Assembly: GCA_965228135.1 (NCBI GenBank)
Contig: OZ245798.1
Location: 247,656-311,655, forward strand
DNA: 64,000 bases
Origin: Tagaea sp.
Lineage (GTDB): Bacteria; Pseudomonadota; Alphaproteobacteria; CACIAM-22H2
Direction: 5' to 3'
How positions within the stretch are numbered: the first letter of the stretch is position 1; each line of letters starts with the position of its first letter. A program made the translations under genes and the position numbers. Below, one piece after another: positions 1-9,585 of the stretch. Under the pieces are notes generated by a model. The model did not search any database, was not told where the DNA came from, and saw nothing but the letters and a program-made list of their open reading frames with translations.

Positions 1-2
1 CG

Positions 3-3000
3 ATCACGACCTCGGGCACGGCCACGTTCTTCGGGCCGGGCGACGTGACGGCGACGAACGCGGGCAACTCGTTCGGTACGCTGATCATTTCCAAATCCGG
101 TTCGAGCGCGAACGTCAATATCGCCACGCCGGGTTCCGGCTTCAATCTTGGCACCGTAAATATGGGGACGGGGACGCTGACCTTGTCCGCGGACAGGATA
201 ACGTTGACCGGTTCGTTGTCCACGTCGGGCGGCGCCGTCAGCCTGACGGCGGACCGGTACATCGCCATCGGGCAGAATATCGATACGCAAGGCGGCGATA
301 TCACGATGTCCGCCAACGCCGCCGGAACCGGCGGCGGCGACGATTTCGCCGGCGTTTTCATCAACGCCTCGGCCGTCCAATCGCATGGCGGCAACATCGA
401 TATCACCGGCAAGGGCAGCGCTTACGGCACGAGCGTCACCGGCCAGCACGGGATCTTTCTCTATAACGGCGGCATTATCAGCAGCTACACGGGCGGCGGC
501 GACGGGACGACCGGCACGATCACGCTTTCCGGTACGGGCGGCACTTTCGCAGGCACGGGCAATGGCGGTGTCGTCGTTTCGGGCGCGGGAAGTTCGATTT
601 CATCTTACAACGGCGCTATCGCGATTACCGCCACCGGCGGTACGGGCGGCATCGGCAATTCCGGACTTTGGATCGGCGGCGGCACGATTCAGACGACCGG
701 AACGGGCAACATCACCGTCACGGCGACGAGCGGTGCTGGCATCGCCGACGCCTCGCGCGGCATTGTGGTCACGGGCAGCGGCAGCGGCGTGTATGGCCGG
801 ATCGAGACGACCGGCGCCGGCGATATTACGCTGACAGGCAACGGCGTCGCGAACGGGGTTTCGTCGCACGGCGTCTATGTTTACGACGTGGTCGGCAACG
901 GTAGCAATTACGGCGTCGTCCGCGCGACCGGTACGGGCGGTGTTACCGTCACGGGTACGGGCGGTGCCGGGACCGGCAGCTCCGGCGTGACGCTTGAGAA
1001 TGCGGGTGCGAGCGCGATATCGACGGCCTCGGGCAATTTGAGCATTACGGGCACCGGCGTGGCCGCCACCAACGGCCATGGCATCTTCGTCGATAACGCA
1101 GCGTTCGGGACGACGGGCGGAAACGCGACCGTCATCGGCACAGCGACCGATGGCCTAGGAATTTATCTGTCTATCGCCACCGTCTCGACGGCCGGCGCCG
1201 GCTCGCTGTCGATCTCGGGCACATCGACGAACCAGCAGGGGTTCATTGCTTCTCCCCCAACGACGATCACGACGGCCAGCGGCGCGATGACGCTCGCGTC
1301 GAATAACGGCCTCGACTTCACCAATGCGGCCCTCGTCTCCGGCGGTGGCCTAACCTTGACCGGCGGTGCCGGCGCCATTGCCGCGACCAACGCGGGCAAC
1401 GACATCACCGGTACCATCACGTTCTCGAATTCGGCGGGCAATGTTGCGCTGGCCAATGGTGGGGGCAAGTCGATCAGTCTGGGGGCGTCCACGGCGGCAG
1501 GCGCTCTTACGGCCGTCGCGGATGCCGGAATATCCCAAACGGGTGCGCTGACGGTCGGTGGCAACGCCATTTTTGGGGCCTTGGGCGGCGGGATCGACCT
1601 TGCGACGAATGGAGCGGGCAACAGCTTCGGCGGGACCGTTTCGCTGACGAGCAGCGTCGGGAATGTCTCGGTAGCGGCGGCCGGCGACTTGACGCTGGCG
1701 TCCGTCGCGATGGACGGCAATTTCACCGCGACGGCATCGGGCATTATCACGCTGAGCGGCGGCCTGACGATGACGACGACGCCGGGGCGCAGCGTGACGA
1801 TGACCTCGACCGGTGTGTTGGCGGGGATCAATATCGAGGGCGCGATCACGCTCAACAACGGCAGCGTGACGCTCGCTTCCGACAACTGGATTTCGATCGA
1901 CCACGGTATCTCGACCGGCGGCGGCAATATTCTGATGGACGCCACGGGCATTTATAGCGGCACCTATGTCGGCGTCTCGATCGTCAACAATGCCGTCATC
2001 GACGCGGGCGGCGGCAATATTTCGATCGACGGCACCGGCGGCAACACGGGTGCGGGTCAGCACGGCGTGACGATGGACGGCAGCACGCTGACGACGTCGG
2101 GTGCCGGCACGATCTCCGTCACCGGCCAAGGCGGCCCGTCGACCGGCGGCGGCAGCCGCGGCATCTATCTTCAGGGCGGTGCCGATATCCAAACGGTCAA
2201 TGGCGCGTTGACTGTCAATGCGACGGGCAGCGCGGCCGGCGGATTCAGCAACGACGGCATCAAAGTCGCGGGATCGACAATCCGAACCACGGGAAGCGGC
2301 AGCATCGGCATTACCGGCAATGCCGGAGCCTATGGCGCGGGGTTCTATCTGGCGGGGACGAACGCGGCGGTCCGCACGGGCAACGGCAATCTCAGTGTCA
2401 CCGGCCATGGCATGCACGACCAATCCGGCGTTGTGATGATCAACGATTCGGGTACGGGCGTGATCGAATCCACCGGCACCGGCAACGTCAGCGTGACAGG
2501 CACGGGCGGTGCCAGCCCCGGATCGACCGTGTATGGCATTCGATTGGCCGACGCAGTGACCATCGCTTCGAATTCCGGCACGTTGACGCTGACGGGCACC
2601 GGCGGCTCTGGGGCGGGCGGCGGTGCCGACGGCATCAATGTCGGCAACAGCGCGACGGTGTCGTCGGGCGCCGGCTTGCTGACGCTGGACGGTACGGGCG
2701 GCACGAATGTCGGCGATGGCGTCAAAGTCGCCGCCGGCGGTATCGTCACGGCGAATGCCGGCAATATCGTGATGAACGGTGAATCGACCGGCGGTTACGG
2801 CATCGCGATCGCCGGCGATATCGGCGACGGCGGGATGAGCGGCAATATCACGCTCAATTCCGACACGTTCAACATCACCACCGCGACCGCGACGATGTGG
2901 ACGACGGGCGGCGTCACGATCAAGCCGCTGCTGGGCTCCGTCGGCATCGGCATCGGCGGCGGCACGGGCACGCTGCAACTGGGGAACGACTTCACCAATA

Positions 3001-4820
3001 TCTTGGCGAGCAGCCTGCATATCGGCAGCGCGACGACGCAGACGATCGACGTCGGCGCCGGCGGTTTGCTCGGCGCTTCGAACGTGCCCGTTTATCTCGA
3101 AGGCTCCGATATTGCACTGATCGGCACCGTCGACGTTCTGGGCGGCAAGGTGACGCTGCACGCCCATTCCGGCGGCGTCGCGCAAGCCAACGGGTCGAAC
3201 GTCATCGCGCAGAATCTGATCCTGCGCGGTACGGGCATTTTCGATCTGACGCGCGGCGGTGTGGGCTACAACGGCATCGCGCGGGTTTCCGCAAATGTCA
3301 CGGGCGATCTGCATTTGAGGATGACGGGCGGCGGCGGTTACGCCGACGCGGCCATCGCAAGCGACACCGCCGGCACGGTCACGGGCATCACCACCACGGG
3401 CGATCTGACGTGGCAGGCGCAGGATTCGATCGGCCAGCTGACGGGCGCCGTTTTGAACATCGGCGGCACGACGCAGCTGGAATCGGTGGCCGGCGGGATC
3501 ACGCTGTTCGAGGCGGGCAACAATCTGGGTACGTCGATCGACGCGATAAACGGCGTTGGCACGCTTTCCTTGCGCTCGGGGTCGATCGCCGTCGGCGCGC
3601 AAGGCGTGGCGTCTACGGGCGATCTGATCCTCTACGCGACCGCGGGGGGCATCACCCAGAACAGCGCCGTCGCCGCCGGCGGCAATTTCGTTGCTTCGGC
3701 AACGGGCGGCGGGATCGCCATGGGCGGATTCGGCAACTCGGTCGCGGGCAATACCTCGCTCACGACTTCGGGCGGCAAGGCCAATATCGCCTGGCTGCAA
3801 AACAACGCGATGATCGCGAGCAACATCTCCTCTACCGGCGCGTTGACGATTGACGTGACCGGCGGTTCGATCTCCCAGGTCGGCGCGATCAGTGCCGCCG
3901 ATCCGTCCTCGATCTCTGCGACCGGCAATATCGCGTTGACCCACGCGTCGAACGCGTTCGGCGGCGCGTTGATGTTGACGGCGACGTCCGGCTCGGTTGC
4001 GGTCACCAATTCGGGCAATTTGACCCTGAGCGGCGTGACGGCCGGGAACGGCCTGACGGTCACGGCCGGCGGCACGCTGTCCCAGTCGGGCACGATCGCG
4101 GTGACGGGCGGTTCGACGACATTGTCGGCCACCGGCACGATGACGCTGACGAACGGCGCCAATAATTTCGGCGGCGCGCTGGCGCTGACCGGCGTGGGCG
4201 GCGATATCCAGGGTACCGCGCCGGCGACCGCGTCGGTGACGGCGGTCGGCAACGGCTTCACCTTCAACAGCACGGCGATCGCGAATTCCAGCGGTGGCGG
4301 TGGCAGTGGAGGTGGCGACAGCCAAGGCACGACGACCAACACGGTCACGACCGAAACGTTGGCGCAGATCATCACCCAAATCCTGACCTCGACGACGACG
4401 CAGCCGTCGTCCTCGACTGGGCCGACCGACGCGACGACCGTCAATCCGGTGAGCCCGGCAGCGGTGCAGGCAATGCTGATCGCGATCCTCGCCGAAGCGG
4501 CCGCGCCCGCCGGCGGCGAGCCGGGCGGGGGCGAGAGCAACGGCAATCCGCAAATCGGCGGCGGCGTCGGCACCGGCGGCGCGCCGGCGGGCACGCCCGC
4601 CGTGGCGGCGAATGCCGGCACGTTCGGTGCGGGCACGACGATCACGATCAACACCTCGGGCGGTGCCGTTCAGTCGATCACCGTTACGCCGGTCGGCGGC
4701 GGCGCGCCGGTGACGATCCTGCCGGGCTTGCTCAACCTGACGCCGCCCGCGATCCCGACCGCGACCGCGACGGGCACGCCCGGCATCTCGGGCAATTTCC
4801 CGCTCAGCTGGCGCCAGTAG
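3..4820 (+). CDS. Large Gly/Thr/Ser-rich beta-helical exoprotein (filamentous haemagglutinin/adhesin-like), 5'-truncated
   Basis: The frame is open from base 3 (ITTSGTATFFGPGDVTATN...), so the true start lies outside the window. More than 1590 aa of G/T/S/A/N-rich short beta-strand repeats, a recurrent (T/A)NAxNxFGGxxxL motif, and a low-complexity S/T/P/G C-terminal tail. Confidence 0.8.
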   Translation: MTTSGTATFFGPGDVTATNAGNSFGTLIISKSGSSANVNIATPGSGFNLGTVNMGTGTLTLSADRITLTGSLSTSGGAVSLTADRYIAIGQNIDTQGGDITMSANAAGTGGGDDFAGVFINASAVQSHGGNIDITGKGSAYGTSVTGQHGIFLYNGGIISSYTGGGDGTTGTITLSGTGGTFAGTGNGGVVVSGAGSSISSYNGAIAITATGGTGGIGNSGLWIGGGTIQTTGTGNITVTATSGAGIADASRGIVVTGSGSGVYGRIETTGAGDITLTGNGVANGVSSHGVYVYDVVGNGSNYGVVRATGTGGVTVTGTGGAGTGSSGVTLENAGASAISTASGNLSITGTGVAATNGHGIFVDNAAFGTTGGNATVIGTATDGLGIYLSIATVSTAGAGSLSISGTSTNQQGFIASPPTTITTASGAMTLASNNGLDFTNAALVSGGGLTLTGGAGAIAATNAGNDITGTITFSNSAGNVALANGGGKSISLGASTAAGALTAVADAGISQTGALTVGGNAIFGALGGGIDLATNGAGNSFGGTVSLTSSVGNVSVAAAGDLTLASVAMDGNFTATASGIITLSGGLTMTTTPGRSVTMTSTGVLAGINIEGAITLNNGSVTLASDNWISIDHGISTGGGNILMDATGIYSGTYVGVSIVNNAVIDAGGGNISIDGTGGNTGAGQHGVTMDGSTLTTSGAGTISVTGQGGPSTGGGSRGIYLQGGADIQTVNGALTVNATGSAAGGFSNDGIKVAGSTIRTTGSGSIGITGNAGAYGAGFYLAGTNAAVRTGNGNLSVTGHGMHDQSGVVMINDSGTGVIESTGTGNVSVTGTGGASPGSTVYGIRLADAVTIASNSGTLTLTGTGGSGAGGGADGINVGNSATVSSGAGLLTLDGTGGTNVGDGVKVAAGGIVTANAGNIVMNGESTGGYGIAIAGDIGDGGMSGNITLNSDTFNITTATATMWTTGGVTIKPLLGSVGIGIGGGTGTLQLGNDFTNILASSLHIGSATTQTIDVGAGGLLGASNVPVYLEGSDIALIGTVDVLGGKVTLHAHSGGVAQANGSNVIAQNLILRGTGIFDLTRGGVGYNGIARVSANVTGDLHLRMTGGGGYADAAIASDTAGTVTGITTTGDLTWQAQDSIGQLTGAVLNIGGTTQLESVAGGITLFEAGNNLGTSIDAINGVGTLSLRSGSIAVGAQGVASTGDLILYATAGGITQNSAVAAGGNFVASATGGGIAMGGFGNSVAGNTSLTTSGGKANIAWLQNNAMIASNISSTGALTIDVTGGSISQVGAISAADPSSISATGNIALTHASNAFGGALMLTATSGSVAVTNSGNLTLSGVTAGNGLTVTAGGTLSQSGTIAVTGGSTTLSATGTMTLTNGANNFGGALALTGVGGDIQGTAPATASVTAVGNGFTFNSTAIANSSGGGGSGGGDSQGTTTNTVTTETLAQIITQILTSTTTQPSSSTGPTDATTVNPVSPAAVQAMLIAILAEAAAPAGGEPGGGESNGNPQIGGGVGTGGAPAGTPAVAANAGTFGAGTTITINTSGGAVQSITVTPVGGGAPVTILPGLLNLTPPAIPTATATGTPGISGNFPLSWRQ

Positions 4821-4873
4821 CGCCGCGCCAATTCGTCCACTATCGTGACGGCCGCTCGTGAACGAGGGAGTCG

Positions 4874-5533
4874 GTGTTGTCGCGCGTTCGGACGAAAACG
4901 AAAGCCACGAAGCCTCGCGCGCGGTTGAGCGCGGATGAATCGCGCGAATTGATCCGCGGCGTGGCGCGCGATCTCTATGTGCGCAACGGTTATGCGGGGT
5001 TCAGCTTCGCCGATATCGTCGCGGTGACGGGCACCACGCGCGCCAACGTCCATCACCATTTCGGCGGCAAGCACAAGCTGATGGCCGAATTGGTCGCGCA
5101 ATTCGCGACGGATGCAGAGGCGCGCATCCTGTCGCATTGGGCGCGGCCGGGCGAAAGCTTCGCCGTGCGCCTGCGCCGCCAGCTCGCCGATCTGCGCGCG
5201 TTCTACGACCGCTACAACCCGAAGCGCGGCGAGCGGAATGTGTGGAGCCCGCTGGCGCGTCTGCGCCTGGACTTGCCCGTGCTGGGGCCGCTGGCCGCGC
5301 AGGCGTTGGAGCGCGTCGATAAAGTCTATGAGAAGGCGCTGACCAAAGCGGTGCGCGAGGCGGTCGACGCGGGCGAATTCGCACCCGCAACGCCGGTCGC
5401 CGACGTGGCGCGGCTGGTGCGATTCGTCGTGCAAGCCTGCCCGCCGACGACCCAGGATACCGGCGGTTTCGAAAGCGTCGACGCCACGTTCCGCGCCCTC
5501 GAAAGGGCGATCGCCGCCGCCTGGCGGCGCTGA
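4874..5533 (+). CDS. TetR/AcrR family transcriptional regulator
   Basis: N-terminal HTH: LYVRNGYAGFSFADIVAVTGTTRANVHHHFGGK. GTG start preceded by GAGGGAG. Confidence 0.9.
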   Translation: MLSRVRTKTKATKPRARLSADESRELIRGVARDLYVRNGYAGFSFADIVAVTGTTRANVHHHFGGKHKLMAELVAQFATDAEARILSHWARPGESFAVRLRRQLADLRAFYDRYNPKRGERNVWSPLARLRLDLPVLGPLAAQALERVDKVYEKALTKAVREAVDAGEFAPATPVADVARLVRFVVQACPPTTQDTGGFESVDATFRALERAIAAAWRR

Positions 5534-5569
5534 ATTTCAGATTTTGCAATGCGGCATGACGGCGCGGGA

Positions 5570-5613
5570 TTGACACGTCCTGTCCATTCTCCGATACTTA
5601 CTTGCACGTAAGT
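5570..5613 (+). promoter_or_regulatory. sigma70-type promoter with overlapping palindromic operator candidate
   Basis: TTGACA (5570-5575), 17-nt spacer, GATACT (5593-5598). Inverted repeat ACTTAC-N6-GTAAGT (5596-5613) overlaps the -10/+1 region upstream of the TauD-family gene. Confidence 0.65.
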
Positions 5614-5651
5614 CAGCCGCGATGACGCGGCGGCGATCGGGGAGGAAGCGA

Positions 5652-6524
5652 ATGGCGCGCGAAACGAAGTTCGAGCGGTTCCAGGTCCGTCAGATGACCG
5701 GGACGATCGGTGCCGAGATCACGGGGCTCGACCTCGCCCGCGACCGCAGCCCGGAAACGATGGCCGACTTGAAGCGCGCGATCCATCGCTACCACGTGCT
5801 CGCGATCCGTGATCAGAAGATGGAACTCGAGGACGTGCATCAAGTGCGCGCGGCGCTGGGGCCGTTCAGCGGCAATCCGGTGCACGAGCCGATCGCCGGC
5901 TACGACGATTTGATGATCCTCAATCGCGAACCCGACGAAACCGGCAAGGTGATCGGCGAGGATTGGCATATGGATCTCGCCTGGCTCGCCAAGCCGCCGG
6001 GCATCACCATGCTTTACGGCCACGACGTGCCGCCCGTGGGCGGGGACACGTGCTTTACCAGCCTCGAATGGGCGTATCGTTCGCTGTCGCCCGCGATGAA
6101 GGCGATGATCGAGGATTTCGTCGTCGTCCATTCCGGCAAGGGCGTGCTGGGTCAGCAATACGGCAGCGTGAAGATGCGCGCCGATGTGCACAAGATCGCG
6201 AGCTTCGAGGTCGAGCATCCGCTGGTCTGCACGGACCCGGTAACGGGGGAACGCTATCTCTTCATCAGCTCGGTCATCGACCGCATCAAGGGCTTCACGC
6301 CGGCCGAGACGCGCCCGATCATCGATTATCTGTTCAAGGTCGCGACGCGGCCGGAATTCAATTGCCGTCTGCGCTGGGCGCCGGGCACGCTGGGCATGTG
6401 GCTCAACCCGTGCGTGATGCACACCGCGATCAACGATTATCCCGGCTATCGGCGCACGATGTATCGCTCGACCATCGAGGGCTGGACGCCGATCGCGGCG
6501 AGCGGCAAGCGCGAAGCGGCCTGA
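5652..6524 (+). CDS. TauD/TfdA family Fe(II)/2-oxoglutarate dioxygenase
   Basis: TIGAEITGLDL N-terminus, HxD motif (WHMD), distal His (VMHTA), C-terminal RTMYRST. GGAGG at 5641 supports the ATG at 5652. Confidence 0.9.
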   Translation: MARETKFERFQVRQMTGTIGAEITGLDLARDRSPETMADLKRAIHRYHVLAIRDQKMELEDVHQVRAALGPFSGNPVHEPIAGYDDLMILNREPDETGKVIGEDWHMDLAWLAKPPGITMLYGHDVPPVGGDTCFTSLEWAYRSLSPAMKAMIEDFVVVHSGKGVLGQQYGSVKMRADVHKIASFEVEHPLVCTDPVTGERYLFISSVIDRIKGFTPAETRPIIDYLFKVATRPEFNCRLRWAPGTLGMWLNPCVMHTAINDYPGYRRTMYRSTIEGWTPIAASGKREAA

Positions 6525-6538
6525 CGGATATCGGATCG

Positions 6539-7426
6539 ATGGGCTCGACGATCGCGAAACGGCAATTCGCCGCGGCTTTGCCGTGGATCACGCCGGCGCA
6601 CGGATTGCTTCTGACGGTGATCGTGATTCCGGCCATCTATGTGATTTGGCTCAGTATCACGAACTCGACCTTCGGCCGCGCGCCGAGCTTCGTGGGCCTC
6701 GTCAACTACGTGAAGGTATTGAACGACACGTATTTCTGGCGCGCCTTGTTCAACACGATCTTCATCGTCGCACTGGTCGTGCATCTGGAATTGCTGCTCG
6801 GCCTTGGCATGGCGCTTCTGTTCGCCTCGGGTTTGCCGTTCAGAGGGCTTCTTCTGGCGGCGGTGTTGGCGCCGTACGCGGTGTCGGAAGTCTCCGCCGC
6901 CGTCATTTGGCGCTATCTATTCGATCCCGATGTCGGACCGGTCAGCGTGGCGATGAAGGCGATCGGCCTGCCGATCCTGGAATGGTCGATCGAGCCGTCG
7001 CATGGCTTAGCGTTGATCTCGCTGCTGTCGATCTGGCTGCATCTGCCGTTCACCTTCCTGATCCTGTACGCCGCACGCCTGTCGATCCCGCGCGAGCTTT
7101 ACGAAGCCGCATTGATCGACCGCGCCACGCCGTTGCAGATGTTCCGCAAGGTGACGCTGCCGTTACTCGTACCCGCCCTCGTGGTCGCGGCGCTGTTCCG
7201 CTACATTTTCGTCTTTCGGATGTTCTCCGAAGTCTGGCTGATGACCCAGGGCGGCCCGGCACGCCAGACCGAGGTGCTCGCGGTCTATCTCTATCTCGAA
7301 GCCTTCCGCTTCAACGCTTTCGGCGAGGCGGCGGCGACCGGCTGGATCATGCTGGCGATCTCGCTCGTCCTCGGGGCGGGCTACCTGTTCGCGTTGCGCA
7401 AGGACATGACCTCCGATGCGCGCTAA
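6539..7426 (+). CDS. Carbohydrate ABC transporter permease (MalF-like)
   Basis: Hydrophobic TM segments and EAA loop (IPRELYEAALIDRA). Start set at ATG 6539 because the upstream part of ORF 5963-7426 shadows the TauD gene. Confidence 0.9.
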   Translation: MGSTIAKRQFAAALPWITPAHGLLLTVIVIPAIYVIWLSITNSTFGRAPSFVGLVNYVKVLNDTYFWRALFNTIFIVALVVHLELLLGLGMALLFASGLPFRGLLLAAVLAPYAVSEVSAAVIWRYLFDPDVGPVSVAMKAIGLPILEWSIEPSHGLALISLLSIWLHLPFTFLILYAARLSIPRELYEAALIDRATPLQMFRKVTLPLLVPALVVAALFRYIFVFRMFSEVWLMTQGGPARQTEVLAVYLYLEAFRFNAFGEAAATGWIMLAISLVLGAGYLFALRKDMTSDAR

Positions 7427-8249
7427 TCGCCTGGGCGTTGGGATCGGCAAGACCGCCGCCGTGGCGGTGATCCTGCTATGGTCGTTGTTCCCGATCGCCT
7501 TTATGGCGATGTCGTCGCTGAAGCCGGCGCGCGAGATTTTCGCGGTCCCGCCGACCTTCGCCTTCGTGCCGACGCTGGAGCATTACACGGCGCTGCTGGT
7601 CCGCTGGCCGGATTTCTTCCGCGGCCTGTGGAACAGCCTGATCGTCACCGTCGGTGCCACGCTGCTGACGGCGACCGTCGCGACGATGGCGGGTTACGCT
7701 TATTCGCGCTTCCGCTCGCCGATGCTGACGCGTTCGGCGTCGTTCCTGGTCGCGGTGCGTCTGCTGCCGCCGATCGTGCTGACGCTGCCGCTATTCCCGC
7801 TGATCAATTGGCTGGGCCTCAGCGACACGCATTTCACGCTGATCGTGCTTTACGCCACGTTCTTCGTGTCGCTGGGCACGCTGTTGATGCGCGCCTTCAT
7901 CGACAAGATTCCGGTCGAGCTCGACGAAGCCGCGTTGGTCGACGGGGCGGGGCGGGGCACGTTGATCGCGAAGATCATCGCCCCCCTGGCGCTGCCGGGC
8001 ATGCTGGCGCTATCGGTCTTCGTCATCGTGTTCGCGTGGAACGAATTCCTGTTCGCCTTCGTCTTCACCTCGACGCGCGCGAAGACGGCACCGCTGATCG
8101 TGTCGGAAATGCTCGGCTCGTTCGACGGGGTCGATTGGGGCGTGCTGTTCGCCGCCGCGACGATCCAGCTATTGCCGATCCTGATATTCGTTTGCGCCAT
8201 GCAACGCCATCTCGTGGCGGGGCTGACATCGGGCGCCACGAAAGGCTGA
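7416..8249 (+). CDS. Carbohydrate ABC transporter permease (MalG-like)
   Basis: EAA loop IPVELDEAALVDGA, FAWNEFLFA motif, overlaps the upstream permease. Confidence 0.9.
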   Translation: MRANRLGVGIGKTAAVAVILLWSLFPIAFMAMSSLKPAREIFAVPPTFAFVPTLEHYTALLVRWPDFFRGLWNSLIVTVGATLLTATVATMAGYAYSRFRSPMLTRSASFLVAVRLLPPIVLTLPLFPLINWLGLSDTHFTLIVLYATFFVSLGTLLMRAFIDKIPVELDEAALVDGAGRGTLIAKIIAPLALPGMLALSVFVIVFAWNEFLFAFVFTSTRAKTAPLIVSEMLGSFDGVDWGVLFAAATIQLLPILIFVCAMQRHLVAGLTSGATKG

Positions 8250-8283
8250 GACTTCAATAACAACCCCCGGGAGGAACCCAACG

Positions 8284-9576
8284 ATGACGATTTTCAAAAT
8301 GACGCGCCGTTCGGCTTTGGGCATGGGCGTGGGGGCTGCGGCTCTCGCGACGGGCATGGGGCGTGCGCGCGCCCAAGCCAAGACGCTCAACGTGCTCGCC
8401 CATCGCGTGCACCAGGTGAGCCTCACCCAAGGTCCCGCCGGCGATCTGACCAAGCCGTGGCGCGACGCCAATTCGACCGAGGTCAATTGGGCGACGTTCG
8501 ATTCCAATCCGTTGCAGGATCGCCTGTTCCGCGAAGCGAGCCTCAGCAGCACCGATTTCGGCGTCGGCTTCCTGGTCAATAGCCGTGCCACGCGCGACGC
8601 CGCCAAGCTGATGGCGCCGCTCGACGATTTGCAGCGCGCCAACCCGATCGAGGATTTCGCGGATATCGCGCCGGGCCTCGTCGAGGCGATGCGCTTCGAC
8701 GGCAAGCTCGTCTCCGTGCCGTTCCGCCATGCGACGATCGGCCTGTTCTACAACGAAGCGCTGCTCGAGGAGCGTGGCATCAAGGCGCCGCCGCAATCGC
8801 TGGAGGAACTCGTCGATCAGGCCAAGCGCCTCACCTTCACCTCGGCTTCGGGCACGCCCGTCACCGGTATGGTGCTGGCGAGCGATCTGTCGGTGTTCCC
8901 GGTGACCTTCGCGCGCGCTTTCGGCGGCGATTTCATCTCCGGCGATCTGAAGCTGGTGCCCGATCGCGGCGCGCTCGAAAAGGGCCTCGCCACGATGCAG
9001 GATCTGTTCAAGGCGGGTGCCTTGCCGCGCACTTTCGCCACCACGACGAACGACGATCAGGTGACGTGGATCCAACAGGGCCGCGCGGCCTTTACCGTGC
9101 TGCCCTTCGCGCGCTTCGCGCAGCTCAATAATCCGCAGCAATCGAAGTTCCCGGGCAAGATCAAGGCGATCGAATTCCCGATCTCCGAAGCGTTGCGCGG
9201 CAAGGTGCCCTTCGCCTCGGTCGTCGAGTTCTGGGCGATGAGCATTCTGGGCAACGCGCGGGACAAGGATCTCGCCTGGAACTTCATCCGCACGATGTCG
9301 TCGAAGGCGGTCACGATCGGGGCCGCGCGCAACGGCAACGGGCCGGTGCGCGTCTCGACCTACAAGGACCCCGGCTTCGCGGCCGATCAGCCCCTCGCGG
9401 CCGTGGAATCGAAGGCGCTGGCGGGGGCCCGCGTGCCGCTGCCGGCCTTCCCGGAAGCTGCGCGCGCGCAGACGATCTTCCTCGAGGAAGTTCAGCTCGC
9501 CGTGCTCGGCCGCAAGAACCCCAGCGAGGCGGTCGGGGCGATTATCGAACGCGTGAAGCCGCTGCTGCCGGCGTAA
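8284..9576 (+). CDS. Carbohydrate ABC substrate-binding protein, Tat-type signal
   Basis: TRRSALG twin-arginine signal ending AQA, SBP_bac_1-like LFYNEALL motif, GGAGG RBS. Confidence 0.85.
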   Translation: MTIFKMTRRSALGMGVGAAALATGMGRARAQAKTLNVLAHRVHQVSLTQGPAGDLTKPWRDANSTEVNWATFDSNPLQDRLFREASLSSTDFGVGFLVNSRATRDAAKLMAPLDDLQRANPIEDFADIAPGLVEAMRFDGKLVSVPFRHATIGLFYNEALLEERGIKAPPQSLEELVDQAKRLTFTSASGTPVTGMVLASDLSVFPVTFARAFGGDFISGDLKLVPDRGALEKGLATMQDLFKAGALPRTFATTTNDDQVTWIQQGRAAFTVLPFARFAQLNNPQQSKFPGKIKAIEFPISEALRGKVPFASVVEFWAMSILGNARDKDLAWNFIRTMSSKAVTIGAARNGNGPVRVSTYKDPGFAADQPLAAVESKALAGARVPLPAFPEAARAQTIFLEEVQLAVLGRKNPSEAVGAIIERVKPLLPA

Positions 9577-9585
9577 GCTTGCCGG

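Noticed and set aside
4296-4330. GGTGGCGGTGGCAGTGGAGGTGGC low-complexity tract as a repeat element
   Set aside because: It simply encodes a Gly/Ser linker within the exoprotein.
1350-4553. 1067-aa minus-strand ORF (and similar long antisense or alternate-frame ORFs, e.g. 8254-10353, 17851-19965, 45226-45912, 56575-58074)
   Set aside because: Arg/Ala-rich with no family motifs, and lying opposite well-supported genes. Expected shadows of GC-rich codon bias.
3-4820. CdiA-type contact-dependent toxin
   Set aside because: No VENN/pre-toxin motif, no toxin-like C-terminal domain, and the next gene is a TetR rather than an immunity protein.
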